DNA from: Octopus vulgaris
Taxonomy: Eukaryota
NCBI GenBank assembly: GCA_951406725.2
Contig: OX597820.1
Span: forward strand, 117,552,001-117,616,000
Direction: 5' to 3'
DNA length: 64,000 nucleotides
The notes beneath the pieces were generated by a model. The model had not been told where the DNA came from. It worked only from the letters and a program-made list of their open reading frames with translations, and searched no databases. Shown here piece by piece: positions 38,198-51,899 of this stretch (position 1 is its first letter; each line of letters opens with the position of its first letter). The position numbers and the translations under genes were made by a program.

Positions 38198-38582
38198 TAC
38201 AGGAGTGGCTGTGTGGTAAGTAGCTTGCTTACCAACCACATGGTTCCGGATTCAGTCACACTGCGTGACATCTTGGGCAAGTGTCTTCTACTATAGCCTT
38301 GTGAGTGGATTTGGTAGACGGAAACTGAAAGAAGCCCGTCGTATTTATGTATATATATATATTTATGTGTGTGTATGTTTGTGTCTGTGTTTGTCGTCCC
38401 CCCCCCCAACATTGCTTGACAACCGATGCTGGTGTGTTTACGTCGCCGTCACTTAGCGGTTCGGTAAAAGAGAGCGATAGAATAAGTACTGGGCTTACAA
38501 AGAATAAGTCCCAGGGTCGATTTGTTCGACTAAAGGCAGTGCTCCAGCATGGCCACAGTCAAATGACTGAAACAAGTAAAAG
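38198..38582 (+). mobile_element. SINE family A
   Basis: Match to family A; further copies at 39528-39922, 42745-43110 and 57952-58357. Confidence 0.8.
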
Positions 38583-38633
38583 CATGCATATATATATATA
38601 TATATCATCATCATATATCCGTTTTCCGCGCTA

Positions 38634-38670
<37 letters not shown>

Positions 38671-38717
38671 CATATTCATATATATATATATTTATATACA
38701 TATACATATACATATTC

Positions 38718-38751
<34 letters not shown>

Positions 38752-38762
38752 GTGTGTGTGTG

Positions 38763-38843
<81 letters not shown>

Positions 38844-38933
38844 GGGAGAATTCACAAAAAAAACAAAAGACAAAGACAGGTGGTGCAGACAATAAACAGA
38901 TGTATTAGTTTAACACTCGGGAAATGAAAAAGT

Positions 38934-38969
38934 CTTTAATGTTTCGACCCTACGCTTTTCCACAGAAAG
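38934..38969 (-). ncRNA. Degenerate minimal hammerhead
   Basis: CUUU-CUGUGGA-AAAGCGUAGGGUC-GAAA-CA-UU-AAAG. Confidence 0.4.
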
Positions 38970-39099
38970 AAACAGGGAGAGGAAAATATATATATAAAAT
39001 TGAAAAAAACTCAGTGGCTACTACTAACTTTAGGCCACAACAGACAGAGAGGATGTTCTTGAAGCCAAGAATTTGAACTTATGGAGACAATATTTACAT

Positions 39100-39205
39100 A
39101 TTGCCTGAGGAAACACAACTAGATCTCATAATGTAAGGAAGCAGTTACATCATCAAGTACCTGCATGCCTGAAGAACTACGTTGCGTGGAAACAATTGTA
39201 GTGAT
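39100..39205 (+). ncRNA. Hammerhead motif with two alternative CUGANGA boxes
   Basis: AUUGC-CUGAGGA (39105-39111) and UGC-CUGAAGA (39169-39175), UACG/CGUG stem, GAAA-CAAUUG-UA-GUGAU. Confidence 0.55.
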
Positions 39206-41190
39206 TGAAAATAAATGTCTAACCGTACCCCTTCTTGTTGACCCCAATTGTTTTCACTTATCTATTCTCACACGACAAATGCCCAAATGCAAACCTGGAA
39301 GTACGTATAATACTTCAACTGGATAGCAGAGGTTGAAATCTGAAGGTGTGGACGAGCTTTATACTGTACTCTACTATGTTCTTAATAGAATATACCACAA
39401 ATATATATATTCTTGGTTAATCTTAAAACACATATGTATACACATACATATTCCCATACACACATTCACACATGAATGCATAGGCACAGAGATGCTTCCT
39501 CACATGCAAACACAACTGTATACACACGTGGTTGTGTGGTAAGTTGCTTGCTTACGAGCCACATGGTTCCAGGTTCAGTCCCACTGTGTGGTACCTTGGG
39601 CAAGTGCCTTCTACTATAGCCTCGGGCCGACCAAAGCCTTGTGAGTGGATTTGGTAGACAGAAACTGAAAGAGACCCATCGTATATATGTATATATATAT
39701 ATATATGTGTGTATATGTTTGTGTGTCTGTGTTTGTCCTCCCAACATCGCTTGATAACTGATGCTGATGTGTTTACGTCCCCGTAACTTAGTGGTTCGGT
39801 AAAAGGAGCCTGATAGAGTAAGTACTAGGCTTACAATGAATAAGTCCAGGGGTCGATTTGCTCGACTAAAGGCGGTGCGCCAGCATGGCCACAGTCAAAT
39901 GACTGAAACAAGTAAAAAGAGTATACAAACATATACATGCAATACATATGCACATGTGTGTATGTATACACACACACATGCACATATAGATAAGAATGTG
40001 GGAAAAGAGAAAATGGAAGTTTTGCAAAAGAAATTAACAGGAGATAAGTGAATGACTTTAATTATATGGAAGTGATTGCCAGTTCCTAAGAATAAATTTT
40101 TTTTCATGTATGCACGAGATGAAAATATCTGTCTTAACATGGAGGGATAGCTCTGGTTGCCTTGAATTTCTCATGATTAGATATTATTGAAAACTGAAGC
40201 TTCACAACTTCTTACTCCAACTTCCTCATTACCATTCTTGTAATAATATGAATCTTAAGCCTTTTAAAGAAATCTGTTGTGTAATTAAAGCGGCAATTAA
40301 TGCCAGACAGCCACACTTCAGTGACAACTGACAATCTCATTAGGGAATCTCTTCCCTAATGGAATAGAATTATAGAATCCCAAGTATATTAGAACTGGTT
40401 TGTGGCTGATTGATCTTTCATAGAACAATTTAATTATAGCAGAAATTATTGCTAACCTATCACACTCAATCAGTAATTAACCAATGAGTTAAGGAGGAGA
40501 GAGTATATAGACAGTGACTCAATCAGCTAAAATAACAACAATGAAATGACCCTTCAATTACACAACAGAGCCTGAAAAATAGGAAAAATACATTGGATTC
40601 TGTAGACCTTGATACACTGTCTTGAGAAAAAGGATGGAATGGTCACAACTGAAATAGCTTTAATCAGAGAGAGTAAAAAAAGGCTATAGAATTGGGGATT
40701 CCAAAACTTGTTCGGAATTAGTTGTTGTTACATAGACTCAATAAGGCAGCAAGCTGAGCAGAATCATTAGAATGTTGGCCAAAATGCTAAGTAGCATTGT
40801 TTCAGGTTCTTTACATTCTGAGTTCAAATCCTGCTGAGGTCAGCTCTGCCTTTCAACTCTTTGCAGGTCAATGAAATGAAATAAAGTACCAGTTAAGATC
40901 TCTGTGTGTGTGTGTGTGTGTGTGCGTGCATGAAGGTACATGGCATAGTGGTTGGGTGTGCTGCACTCGCAATCACGAGATCATGGTTTCGATTCCCAGA
41001 CTAGCTGCATGTTGTATTCTTGAGCAAAACACTTCATTTCACATTGTTCCAGTCCACTCAGCTGTAAATGATTAACCCTACAATAGACTAGCCTTCTTAT
41101 CAAGGGGAAGTGTTGGCCTTCTTGCCCAACCAGCAGGATGACATCATTCGAGAAGTATCTCAATAAAATATGACATACCTTCCATATACC

Positions 41191-41417
41191 TATTTCTTTA
41201 TTACCCACAAGGGGCTAAACACAGAGGGGACAAACAAGGACAGACATAGGTATTAAGTCGATTAAATCGACCCTAGTGCATAACTGGTACTTAATTTATC
41301 GACCCTGAAAGGATGAAAGGCAAAGTCGACCTCGGCGGAATTTGAACTCACAACATAACGCAGACAAAATACCGCTAAGCATTTCGCCCGGCGTGCTAAC
41401 GTTTCTGCCAGCTCGCC
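41191..41417 (-). mobile_element. SINE family B with TSD
   Basis: ACCTTCCATATACC at 41177-41190 and 41418-41431; adjacent ~34-bp tandem duplication to 41484. Confidence 0.85.
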
Positions 41418-41953
41418 ACCTTCCATATACCCTGGTGGATACCAAAAGCATACCTTCCATATACCCTGGTGGATACCAAAAGCAGTTAACCAAATAGCAA
41501 CAGTGATGGTGCCAGAACATACCAGAGATTGGAACCAGCATTTACCAATGCTACAACTTTCACAGATTTAAACCAATTTCCACTCCAAGTCAGATCTGGT
41601 ATGGAGGCATGCGCCATTGGAATGTGTTGTGGCATTCACTATTTGTTGGTGCATTCCTGGGATTTTTCTGGATGACCTGTTGAGCAAAATCCCAGTCTGT
41701 CCCCAATTCTGTGAGATACCGCCTCATTTTTCATACCCAAGTGGCATGTGGTTGACCAACACAAGCCAGCGACCCAGCTGGATCTGCTCCAAAATGGTAT
41801 AAAAATGGAGATTCCAGTTCTCCTATACACTTCCCATCCTGCTTAGAAGTGTTTTCAAAAACTGCATTGGAATAAACTAGGAATTAAAATTAATGGCAAA
41901 CTTTTCAACTGTGTTACAACTAATTACTACACACACCCACACACACACACTCA

Positions 41954-41998
<45 letters not shown>

Positions 41999-43342
41999 TC
42001 CCTTGTTGCTCAGTTCTTGCCACACACCTTGCTCTCTCTGTTGCTCTCCTGTGACATGGACCACTTCCACCTCTTCAATCAAACACTATTGTTGAGTGAG
42101 GGGGAGAAAGAGTGAAAGAGTGAGGGAGAAGGAGAGAGCTCAATGTCCTACAATGACATTTGCAATGTCCTCCCTCCCACCTCCTCTTCATCACACTATC
42201 TTTGTAGGTTAACACTTGAGAAGCCTTAGTAGAATACTTATCCTGTACTACTTATCCGGCTTAAGGTGACAGGCTGGCAGAATCATTAGTGCACCAGGCA
42301 AAATGCGTAGCAGCATTTCATCAATCTTTACGTTCTGAGTTCAAATTCTGCCAAGGTGGACATCCTTTCAGAGTTTTATGAAATAATTACCAATGAACAT
42401 CCATTCAGGGTTGATAAAACAATTACCAGTTAGTTACTGGTATTGATGTAATAGACTTACCCAACCCTCAAAATTGCTGGCCTTGTGCCAAAATGTAGAG
42501 CCCATCATCAGCAGCCACTTTCTTATTATATGCCCAAACCGTTTCCAGCCTTTTCTTTCTCATTATTTTCGTAACGATGTCTGTCAAGAGAAGATCAATT
42601 CTTACAGAAGTATTTCTCCCCTTGCCTTATGGTAGTGCAGCCTGCAATAAAATGAGACAATTGGGAGCAGCTGTTTGGACTCTGGCAGCTTGGCATGGCT
42701 AACTGGCCTTTCAACCTGTTTTGGTGACTGTATGTTTTGACACTGATCTCAACCACATGGTTCTGGGTTCAGTCTCACCGTGTGACACCTTGGGCAAGTG
42801 TCATCTACTTTAGCCTTGGGACAACCAAAGCCTTGTGAGTAGATCTGGCAGATGGAAACTGAAAGAAGCCCATTGTATGTATAATATGTGTGTGCCTGTG
42901 TTTGTGCCCCACCACTGTTTCAAAACCTGTGTTTGTATGTTTATGTCCCTGTAACTTAGCAGTTTGACAAAAGAGACTGATAGCACAAGTACCAAGCTTA
43001 AAAAAAGAATAGTTCTGGAGTCAATTCATTTGACTAAAATTTCTCAAGGCGGTGCCCCAGCATGGCCGTAGTTAAATGACTGAAGCAAGTAAAAGATTGA
43101 AAGATAAAAGATACAGATAAAAAGAGGGAGAAAGGAGAGAGAGAGAGAGAGAGAGAGAGAGACGCTAGAATTTATTATTGAACGAGATTGGTGGAAATCC
43201 TTTTCCTTCAAAGCAATCACATAAAGAGAAATACATTCACACTCATAAACACAGAGGGAGTAAAAGAGGGGGGGTGAGAGACACATTAAGACATCTGACA
43301 GCAAATAAGTCAGGGTCAGATCAGCAATGCCAAATAGATGGG

Positions 43343-45152
43343 GCCAAAAGGGCAGTGCCAAAAGGACAGTACCAAAAGGACAGTACCAAAAGGACAGTGC
43401 CAAAAGGGCAGTGCCAAAAGGGCAGTACCAAAAGGGCAGTACCAAAAGGACAGTACCAAAAGGACAGTGCCAAAAGGGCAGTGCCAAAAGGACAGTGCCA
43501 AAAGGACAGCGCCAAAAGGGCAGTACCAAAAGGACAGTGCCAAAATGGCAGTGCCAAAAGGGCAGTGCCAAAAAGACAGTGCCAAAAGGACAGTGCCAAA
43601 AGGACAGTGCCAAAAGGGCAGTGCCAAAAGGACAGTACCAAAATGGCAGTGCCGAAAGGGCAGTGCCAAAAAGACAGTGCCAAAAGGACAGTACCAAAAG
43701 AACAGTGCCAAAAGGGCAGTACCAAAAGGACAGTACCAAAATGGCAGTGCCAAAAGGGCAGTGCCAAAAGACAGTGCCAAAAGGACAGTGCCAAAAGGGC
43801 AGTGCCAAAAGGGCAGTACCAAAAGGACAGTGCCAAAAGGGCAGTGCCAAAAGGGCAGTGCCAAAAAGACAGTGCCAAAAGGACAGTACCAAAATGGCAG
43901 TACCAAAAGGACAGTACCAAAAGGACAGTACCAAAAGGGCAGTACCAAAAGGACAGTACCAAAAGGACAGTGCCAAAAGGACAGTACCAAAAGGACAGTA
44001 CCAAAAGGACAGTACCAAAAGGACAGTACCAAAAGGGCAGTGCCAAAAAGACAGTGCCAAAAGGACAGTGCCAAAAGGGCAGTGCCAAAAGGACAGTACC
44101 AAAAGGACAGTACCAAAAGGACAGTACCAAAACGACAGTACCAAAAGGGCAGTGCCAAAAAGACAGTGCCAAAAGGACAGTGCCAAAAGGGCAGTGCCAA
44201 AAGGACAGTACCAAAAGGACAGTGCCAAAAGGGCAGTGCCAAAAGGGCAGTGCCAAAAGGGCAGTGCCAAAAGGACAGTGCCAAAAGGACAGTACCAAAA
44301 TGGCAGTACCAAAAGGACAGTACCAAAAGGACAGTACCAAAAGGGCAGTACCAAAAGGACAGTACCAAAAGGACAGTGCCAAAAGGACAGCGCCAAAAGG
44401 ACAGTACCAAAAGGACAATACCAAAAGGACAGTACCAAAAGGACAGTACCAAAAGGGCAGTGCCAAAAAGACAGTGCCAAAAGGACAGTGCCAAAAGGGC
44501 AGTGCCAAAAGGACAGTACCAAAAGGACAGTACCAAAAGGGCAGTGCCAAAAGGGCAGTGCCAAAAGGGCAGTGCCAAAAAGACAGTGCCAAAAGGACAG
44601 TACCAAAATGGCAGTACCAAAAGGACAGTACCAAAAGGACAGTACCAAAAGGGCAGTACCAAAAGGACAGTACCAAAAGGACAGTGCCAAAAGGACAGCG
44701 CCAAAAGGACAGTACCAAAAGGACAGTACCAAAAGGACAGTACCAAAAGGGCAGTACCAAAAGGACAGTACCAAAAGGACAGTGCCAAAAGGGCAGTGCC
44801 AAAAGGGCAGTGCCAAAAGGGCAGTACCAAAAGGACAGTACCAAAATGGCAGTGCCAAAAGGGCAGTGCCAAAAAGACAGTGCCAAAAGGACAGTGCCAA
44901 AAGGGCAGTGCCAAAAGGGCAGTACCAAAAGGACAGTACCAAAATGGCAGTGCCAAAAGGGCAGTGCCAAAAAGACAGTGCCAAAAGGACAGTGCCAAAA
45001 GGGTAGTGCCAAAAGGGCAGTACTAAAAGGACAGTGCCAAAAGGACAGCGCCAAAAGGGCAGTACCAAAAGGACTACCAAATTGGCAGTGCCAAAAGGGT
45101 AGTGCCAAAAGGGCAGTATCAAGAAGGCAGTAACAAGAAGGCAGTGCCAAAA
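43343..45152. repeat. 14-bp minisatellite, consensus CCAAAAGG(A/G)CAGT(A/G), about 128 units
   Basis: Direct reading; the consensus unit has no stop codon in any frame, which explains the six 559-712 aa ORFs. Confidence 0.95.
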
Positions 45153-45692
45153 TATCTCATATCCAGCAAGCAAACACCACATTTGAAAATCTCTTCAGCT
45201 CATATCTTTTAGTTTTATACATGCACTCACACATTGCATACACATGTATACACACATATAGACACGGCAACACACACACACACACACATACACACACACA
45301 CATACACACACATAGACACATACACAGACACACACACACACATGTCTTTGTGTGTGTATACACTTGGTTTTCTAAAAGTACTGAATAACACGAAGTAGAG
45401 TTTATTGATTCCATCAATCTAAACATTCTTTTTCTGTTTGCTTCTATTTTGAGTTTTGTATGACTTTGCATGTTCTTCAATGGAACTAATAGCAGTCTTG
45501 AGACTTCAATGTGAACAGAATTCCTACCACACTACTGCCAACCATAACCGACCAACTTGCTGCCTTGTAGCTATTGGTCACTGCAAGTAGGGTAACAATT
45601 ACTGATATAATTAGATATTGCCGTTAAAAGTCAATAATCAGCAGCAGCCAGAGTACACTTGGAGTTGCATAGTCTAACCATTATGAAGATTA

Positions 45693-46343
45693 TCATCATC
45701 ATCATCATCATCATCATCGTTTAACATTCGTTTTCCATGCTAGCATGGGTTGGACTGTTCAACTGGGGTCTGGGAAGCCAGGAGGCTGCATCAGGCTCCA
45801 GTATGATTCTGGCAGTGTTTCTACAGCTGGATGCCCTTCCTAATGCTAACCACTCTGTGACTGTATTGGGTGGCTTTTAGGTGCCACCGGCACAGGAGCC
45901 AGGGGAGGCTGGCAACGGTCACAATTGGTTGGTGCTTTTTATGTGCCACCAGCACAGGAGCCAGGCAAGGCTGGCAATGGCCACGATCAGTTGGTACTTT
46001 TTACGTGCCACTGGCATAGAAGCCAGTCGAGGCGGCGCTGGCAACGACCACATTCGGATGGATCTTTTTACGTGCCACTGGCACTGATATCACATACAAT
46101 TTCCATTGATTTTTTGATTTTGATTTCGATTTCGCTTGCCTCAACAGGTCTTCGCAAGCAGAGTTTTGTGTCCCAAGGAGGAAAGGTATGCATAAGTGGA
46201 CTGGCTACATCCCAGGCAAAGGCCATGGGTTATGGTCTCACTTGTCCTGCCGGGTCTTCTCACGCACAGCATATTTCCAACGGTCTCGGTCACTAGTCAT
46301 TGCCTTGGTGAGACCTAATGTTTGAAGGTCGTGCTTCACCACC
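45693..46343 (-). mobile_element. RTE LINE 3' fragment (same family as 17244-18680)
   Basis: (CAT)n tail, 3' UTR and ORF end EVVKHDL..REKTRQDK. Confidence 0.85.
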
Positions 46344-48068
46344 TCATATATATATATATATATATGTATATACATATATGTTTGTGTCTGTGTTTGTCCC
46401 TCTACCATCGCTTGATGACCACTGTTGGTGTGTTTACATCCCAGAATTTAGTGGTTCAGCAAAAGAGACTGGTAGAAAAATTACTAGGCTTACAAAGAAT
46501 AAGTTCTGGGGTAAAAATATGCAAGACTTTTCTCAAGTTCCACATCTGAATTTGTCCCTATTAACTATATCCCAAAGATAGAGCCTTGTATTTTATTGGA
46601 AACTGGCTCCCACCTCAGTGGAAGATTTCTAATAATTAAAAAAATAGAAGAGACATACATACATACATACAGGCTTCTAAAAACCAGAAAGGAGAAACCT
46701 AATTCGAAGACCACAGGTTCAACCCATCACTGGAACTGTAAAAATCTGTAAAACTTTCCAGAAGTTTATCATTTAAATATATATAAGCATGTCTAGATAT
46801 GCAACTATATGCATGAGAAAACATGCATACATAAAACAAAACATACAAATCTGCACATATACATACATATATACATACATACAAAAATACCCTGTTGTTG
46901 ATGTTGAAATTCCAATGAAGGAGCCTTGGGTCTGGGTTAGAAACTGGCCCTTTCTCTGTTGGCAAGAAATCTTGGAATAAAACTGAACAAAGGCATACTT
47001 ATAATAATTGATAGATTTGGTTTTGTGAGTGTCTGAGTGACAATCTAGATACTGTAGGGTTTTCAGAAAAAGAAATCAACCAAGTGATTTGCACATCGCA
47101 AATGTAATTTGTAAGTGGAACAGTAGAACTGTGCAAGAGTTTTCTCAAGTTTTAGATGCGACATTGTTTTTCTTATCTACATTCCAAGGATGGAGCTTTG
47201 GCTCTTTGTTAGAAACCAGCTCCTTTCTCAGAGGAAGGAATTAAGTCATAAATAAACAGAATAGAACATACGTAAAATCACAAAAGCCTAGAAATTGCAA
47301 GATTTTCTAAAGAAGAGCAAAAGAAATTGATGTATATCCGCCAAATCCAAAATATTAGCAACACAGAAAAAAATTTTAAGACATTCAAAAGATTCTCCCT
47401 CTGAAATTCTTGAAATGAATACAAGCACACACTTGATTGTGTGCACACACAAGATATATGCACACACATGCACACAAACACACACAGCAGCGCACATATG
47501 CACACACAGGCACACATAGGCACATGTGTGCACAAACACCTAAGTTCTAAAGAGGCATGTTCACACACAATGTAAGTGCAGGTGTATACATGTATACACC
47601 TACATATATATATATATACACACCCACTCAACCACATATTTACAAACTCAGGTAACTGTCTAAAGTCAAAAAGCCTTCACACTTTGTTCAAGACTGGCAG
47701 AACTCTAAGAAAAGTAACTTAAATAAATCTCCAGCACACACATATACATGTATTATTGGAGTGACAGGAAACATACCGACCAGTCTGGAGCAGATGACAG
47801 TTCAACTTGGAGGAAGAATGCAAATCCTTAATTCATACACTACAAATGATCGTGATATCTGGGATTATAAATATTTGTAAGACCTTCTTAAGATTTAAAA
47901 GAAGATGGACAAAACAAGATTATTTCCTTCACGAGTTTGCAACCAAGCAGGTGGTCAGTATTCATACCAATTGGTGGTCAGTCAAAATTTAGTCTAAATT
48001 AAAAAGAGAACATACATACATACATACATATATACACACACTCACACATGCACATACATACACATATA

Positions 48069-49304
48069 TTGGGTCATCCCATAAATAGTGCAGTTTTTTT
48101 ATACTTCTTTTATTTTTCAAAATTAAGATAAACAAAGTTCTTTTTTAATCTAAAATATACTCCCCTTCATTTTCTGCAATGCTCTTCCATCTAACTGCTA
48201 GACTTGCAAGACCCCTCTTCCAAAATTCACTTGTCTGTGATGAAAAATACTCCTCCAGTACTCTTCTGACCTCCTCTACAGAATTCATATTTTTTCTGTC
48301 CAAATGATTTTGAAAACTGCAGAATAAATGATAATCGGATGGAGTAATGTTCAGCGAATATGGTGGGTGGGGTATCGTTTCCCATTCAAACTGCTCCAGC
48401 CTTTGGAATGTCATCCTTGCTGTATGTGACCAAGCATTATCCTGGTGGATGAACACCTCGTCTTGAACTAAAGATGGTTGTTTTTCTTCTAGCGCTGCTC
48501 ACAGTAGATCTCCTTTGTTATCGTTTGGTTTGGGTTTAAAAGTTCAAAGTGGACTAAACCTTTCATATCCCACCAAACAGATAACAACACCCTACGTGGG
48601 TGAAGACCTTTTTTAGCCTGAGGTGCCGGTGTTTCTCCTTTCTCTATCCACTGTCTTCAGCACTTGACATTTTTATAGAGAACCCATTTCTTGTCACCAG
48701 TTACTGTTTGGACAAAAAAAAGGTTCATTCGTGAGACTTGACAGCAAAGAAGAGCACACATTCACTCTCTGCATGCGATTAGACTCAGAAAGTTTGTGAG
48801 GAACCCATTGACCCAATTTGCTGACTTTTCCGATGGCATGCAGGTGTCGATGAATGGTTGAATGACCAAATCCAAGCTTCTCTGTTAGTTCCTCAACAGT
48901 TATGATGGGATTTTGTCTCACCAGGGTTTGCAGGATGTCCTCGTCATGTTTTACAGATCTTCCAGGTCGAGGCTCATCTTCTAGGCTGTATTTTCCAGCT
49001 TGGAATTTCTGGAACCACCATTGACACTGGCTTACGCTTATTGTCCAATTCCCATATACTGCATGAATATTCCTCACACTTTCCATTGCGCTGTTGCCTT
49101 TATTGAACTCATAAAGCAAAATATGCTGAATATGCTCCTTTGTCACTTCTATTACAGCTTTGAAAAAAATAACTGTTGAGTAAGGACAAGGAAAAATTAC
49201 TACCTGCTTTTATAGCAAATTGATGCAGGTAGTTTATCCCATCCCCCTCTGACTTTTATTTGATGCAATTGAAAAAGAAACGCATTATTTATGGGATGAT
49301 GCAA
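48069..49304 (-). mobile_element. Full-length mariner (DD34D) with pseudogenised transposase
   Basis: TIRs TTGGGTCATCCCATAAATA / TATTTATGGGATGATGCAA with TA flanks; WVPHKL, HQDNA..34 aa..PSDYHLF; frameshifts between 48145 and 49146. Confidence 0.92.
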
Positions 49305-49754
49305 TACATACATGGTAAACTGTAAAATGTCACAGGAAAAATATCCTGTTTTATTTAGACACTATAACTGATAACAAAAATAAACAAAAAAACAGTTTAA
49401 GTTGCTTGTTAAGTACCATCACATGACTTTTAATCAATAACAAGACAACTTATATAATAACATCATACAAGTTTGTGAAAAAATAGATCACATTCTCTTC
49501 TTACGTAGAACAATGAAAGATTCCAATATATTTCACTTATGTCTGTTGTAACTTTTTTCTTGTAATATTCTTCCTCTATTCTATTGTTCTGTGGTATTTA
49601 TGACATTATACTTGGATTCCAATTTATGACTTTCTCCATCAAGCACACATTACTATTAAGTTTTCAAGCAGAAGGGAACCCTGAGAATTTTTCTCCAGTC
49701 ACTTTTGTAATTCGTTCACAAAAATTCTATGTCATTCTTTAATCATCCTACAGC

Positions 49755-50222
49755 TTGGTAGATCCATACTTCGGTGGTGCATCGGATCTCAGATCTTGAC
49801 CAGAGTCGAGCATTGAGTGGGTTGAAGGCTTGGCAAGTGAGGTTGATTCGTGTTTTAATGTCAGCCTCACTTTGGCCTGTGGCTGTAATGATGGCACCAA
49901 GGGTCATGCCCTCTGTTATCAACCAGGAGAATTCATCTACAAAGCAATTGCCCCAGCTCCCCTTCAGAGTTGGTGAAAGCGATGTGGTGGACAATGAAAA
50001 ACCTGGCTGATGACAGTCAAGGCTGATCTGGAACCCAACCTAGATCTGGAACCCAACCATGTCTACGGCGTTTGCCGCAGGAATAGGGAGTGGTTGGAAA
50101 TCATGCAGTCATTAGCCTCAAATCGCCAGGCCTGGTTGGCGTTTGTGAGAGATGCAGCATTGAGGATGAATGAAGCCAGCTCAACCCACCCCAGGTGAAT
50201 GCTGTCTTAAGACGAGACAAGA
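49755..50222. mobile_element. RTE-type LINE insertion with inverted 5' segment and 11-bp TSD
   Basis: CATCCTACAGC at 49744-49754 and 50223-50233; 49755 to about 49978 codes on minus (LGAIITATGQSEADIKTRIN..WIYQAV); about 49980-50198 codes on plus (KTWLMTVKADL..NRQAWLAFVRDA), then a CAAGA-like tail. Confidence 0.75.
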
Positions 50223-50809
50223 CATCCTACAGCAACAGTGAACATACACTTTACTGAGGAGGTGTAATAAGACCAAAACTTATACAGATTTGTCTTGCTT
50301 TATTACTAAACTCAAAACTCACAGCTTAATCTTTCATCTTTTGCCATTTCTGTGTGTCATTCATTGGACTTCAGCCATGCTGGAGCACCACCTTGAAGGG
50401 TTTCAGTCAAACAAATCAATGCCAGGGCTTAGGTTTCTTAACGTCAGGAACTTATTACATCAGTCACTTTTGATGGACTGCTACATTATGGGGACATAAA
50501 TAAACCAACATTGGTAGTCATACAGTGGTGGGTGGGGTGACAAACTCACATAGATAGGACAGGCTTCCACACAGTTTCCTTCTACCAAATCCATTCACAA
50601 GGCTTCAGTCAGACTGCAGCTATAGTAGAAGACACTTGCCCAAGGTGCCACACAGTGGGATTGAACCCACTGCCTCTACTAGTCTTTTTGAACCATAATT
50701 AGTCCTTTAGATAGAACTGTGTGATTATAATTAAAATTTTTGGGGTTACCTCATCATGTGAGCATCAACTTTACTATTAAGTTTTCATACAGAGGGCATC
50801 CTAGGCTAT

Positions 50810-51216
50810 TTTTGTGTGTATGTGTGTTTGTGCATGTGTGTTTTAGTGTGTTTTTGTGTGGTCGCATGTGTGTGTGTGTGTGCCTCTGTGTGTATGTATG
50901 CGTGCCTCTGTGTGTATGTTTGTGTGTGTGTGTGTGTGTGCCTGTTTGTGTTTGTCTGTGTATGTATGCCTGGGTGTGTGTGTGCCTCTGGGTGTGTGTG
51001 TGTGCCTTTATGTGTGTACATGTATGTGTACCTGTGTGTGTGTGCCTGTGTGTGTGTGTCCCTGTGTGTGTGTGTGTGCCCCTGGGTGTGTGTGTGTGTA
51101 TGTGTGTGTGCCTTTATGTGTGTGCATGTACCTCTGTGTATATGTGTGTGTGTGTGTACCTTTATGTGTGTGTGCCGGTGTGTGTGCCTCTGTGTGTGTG
51201 TGTGTGTGTGTGTGTG
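50810..51216. repeat. Degenerate (TG)n-based repeat
   Basis: Direct reading; a similar (CA)-rich tract lies at 16070-16420. Confidence 0.9.
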
Positions 51217-51845
51217 CACTTACTGAACTCCAAATCTGCAAGATAATACAAAAATCAGAGGTCATTAATTAAATTACTGAATTAATTAATAAACAAAATA
51301 GAAATTTCCCCTCTTCTTTCTCTCTTCTTTTTTCTCCAAGACAAAATCTTGGAATCGATTCAAGCGCCAATCCTTCAATACCATCATCCAATCTTTCATC
51401 CATCGGTGTCTCGTTACCACATGATAAAATAATCAATTAACTCTTGTCTTTTTTTTTTCTTCCATTTAATTATTTTGATTTTGATTTTTACTCATTTAGT
51501 AGAAAAGAATTTACATCTGACCATTCCTATCTCCTAACGGTAGACATTTCTAATTCTTAAAACACCCCCACCCCCCACAAGCACAAAAGTGAAGAAATAA
51601 CATCAATGAATGACTGAACCTAATTCTTATATTATAATCTAAGTATCTTCTTTATAAGACTGTGGCCATGTTGGGGCAACAGCTTGAAGTGTTTCCGCAT
51701 ATAAAACAAATTCCATAACATTATTTTTTACAGTCTGGTGCTTAATTTATTGGTCTCATTTGGTGAACTACTAAGTTATGGGGATGTAAACAAACAAATA
51801 CTTCTTGTCAAAGTGTCAAACACAGACATCAAGACACACACACAA

Positions 51846-51899
<54 letters not shown>

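Noticed and set aside
43343-45152. CRISPR-like array
   Set aside because: Contiguous tandem units with no unique spacers; eukaryotic context and no cas genes.
43044-45182. Six overlapping 559-712 aa ORFs as protein genes
   Set aside because: They arise from a stop-free 14-bp repeat; no frame is favoured and there is no unique domain.
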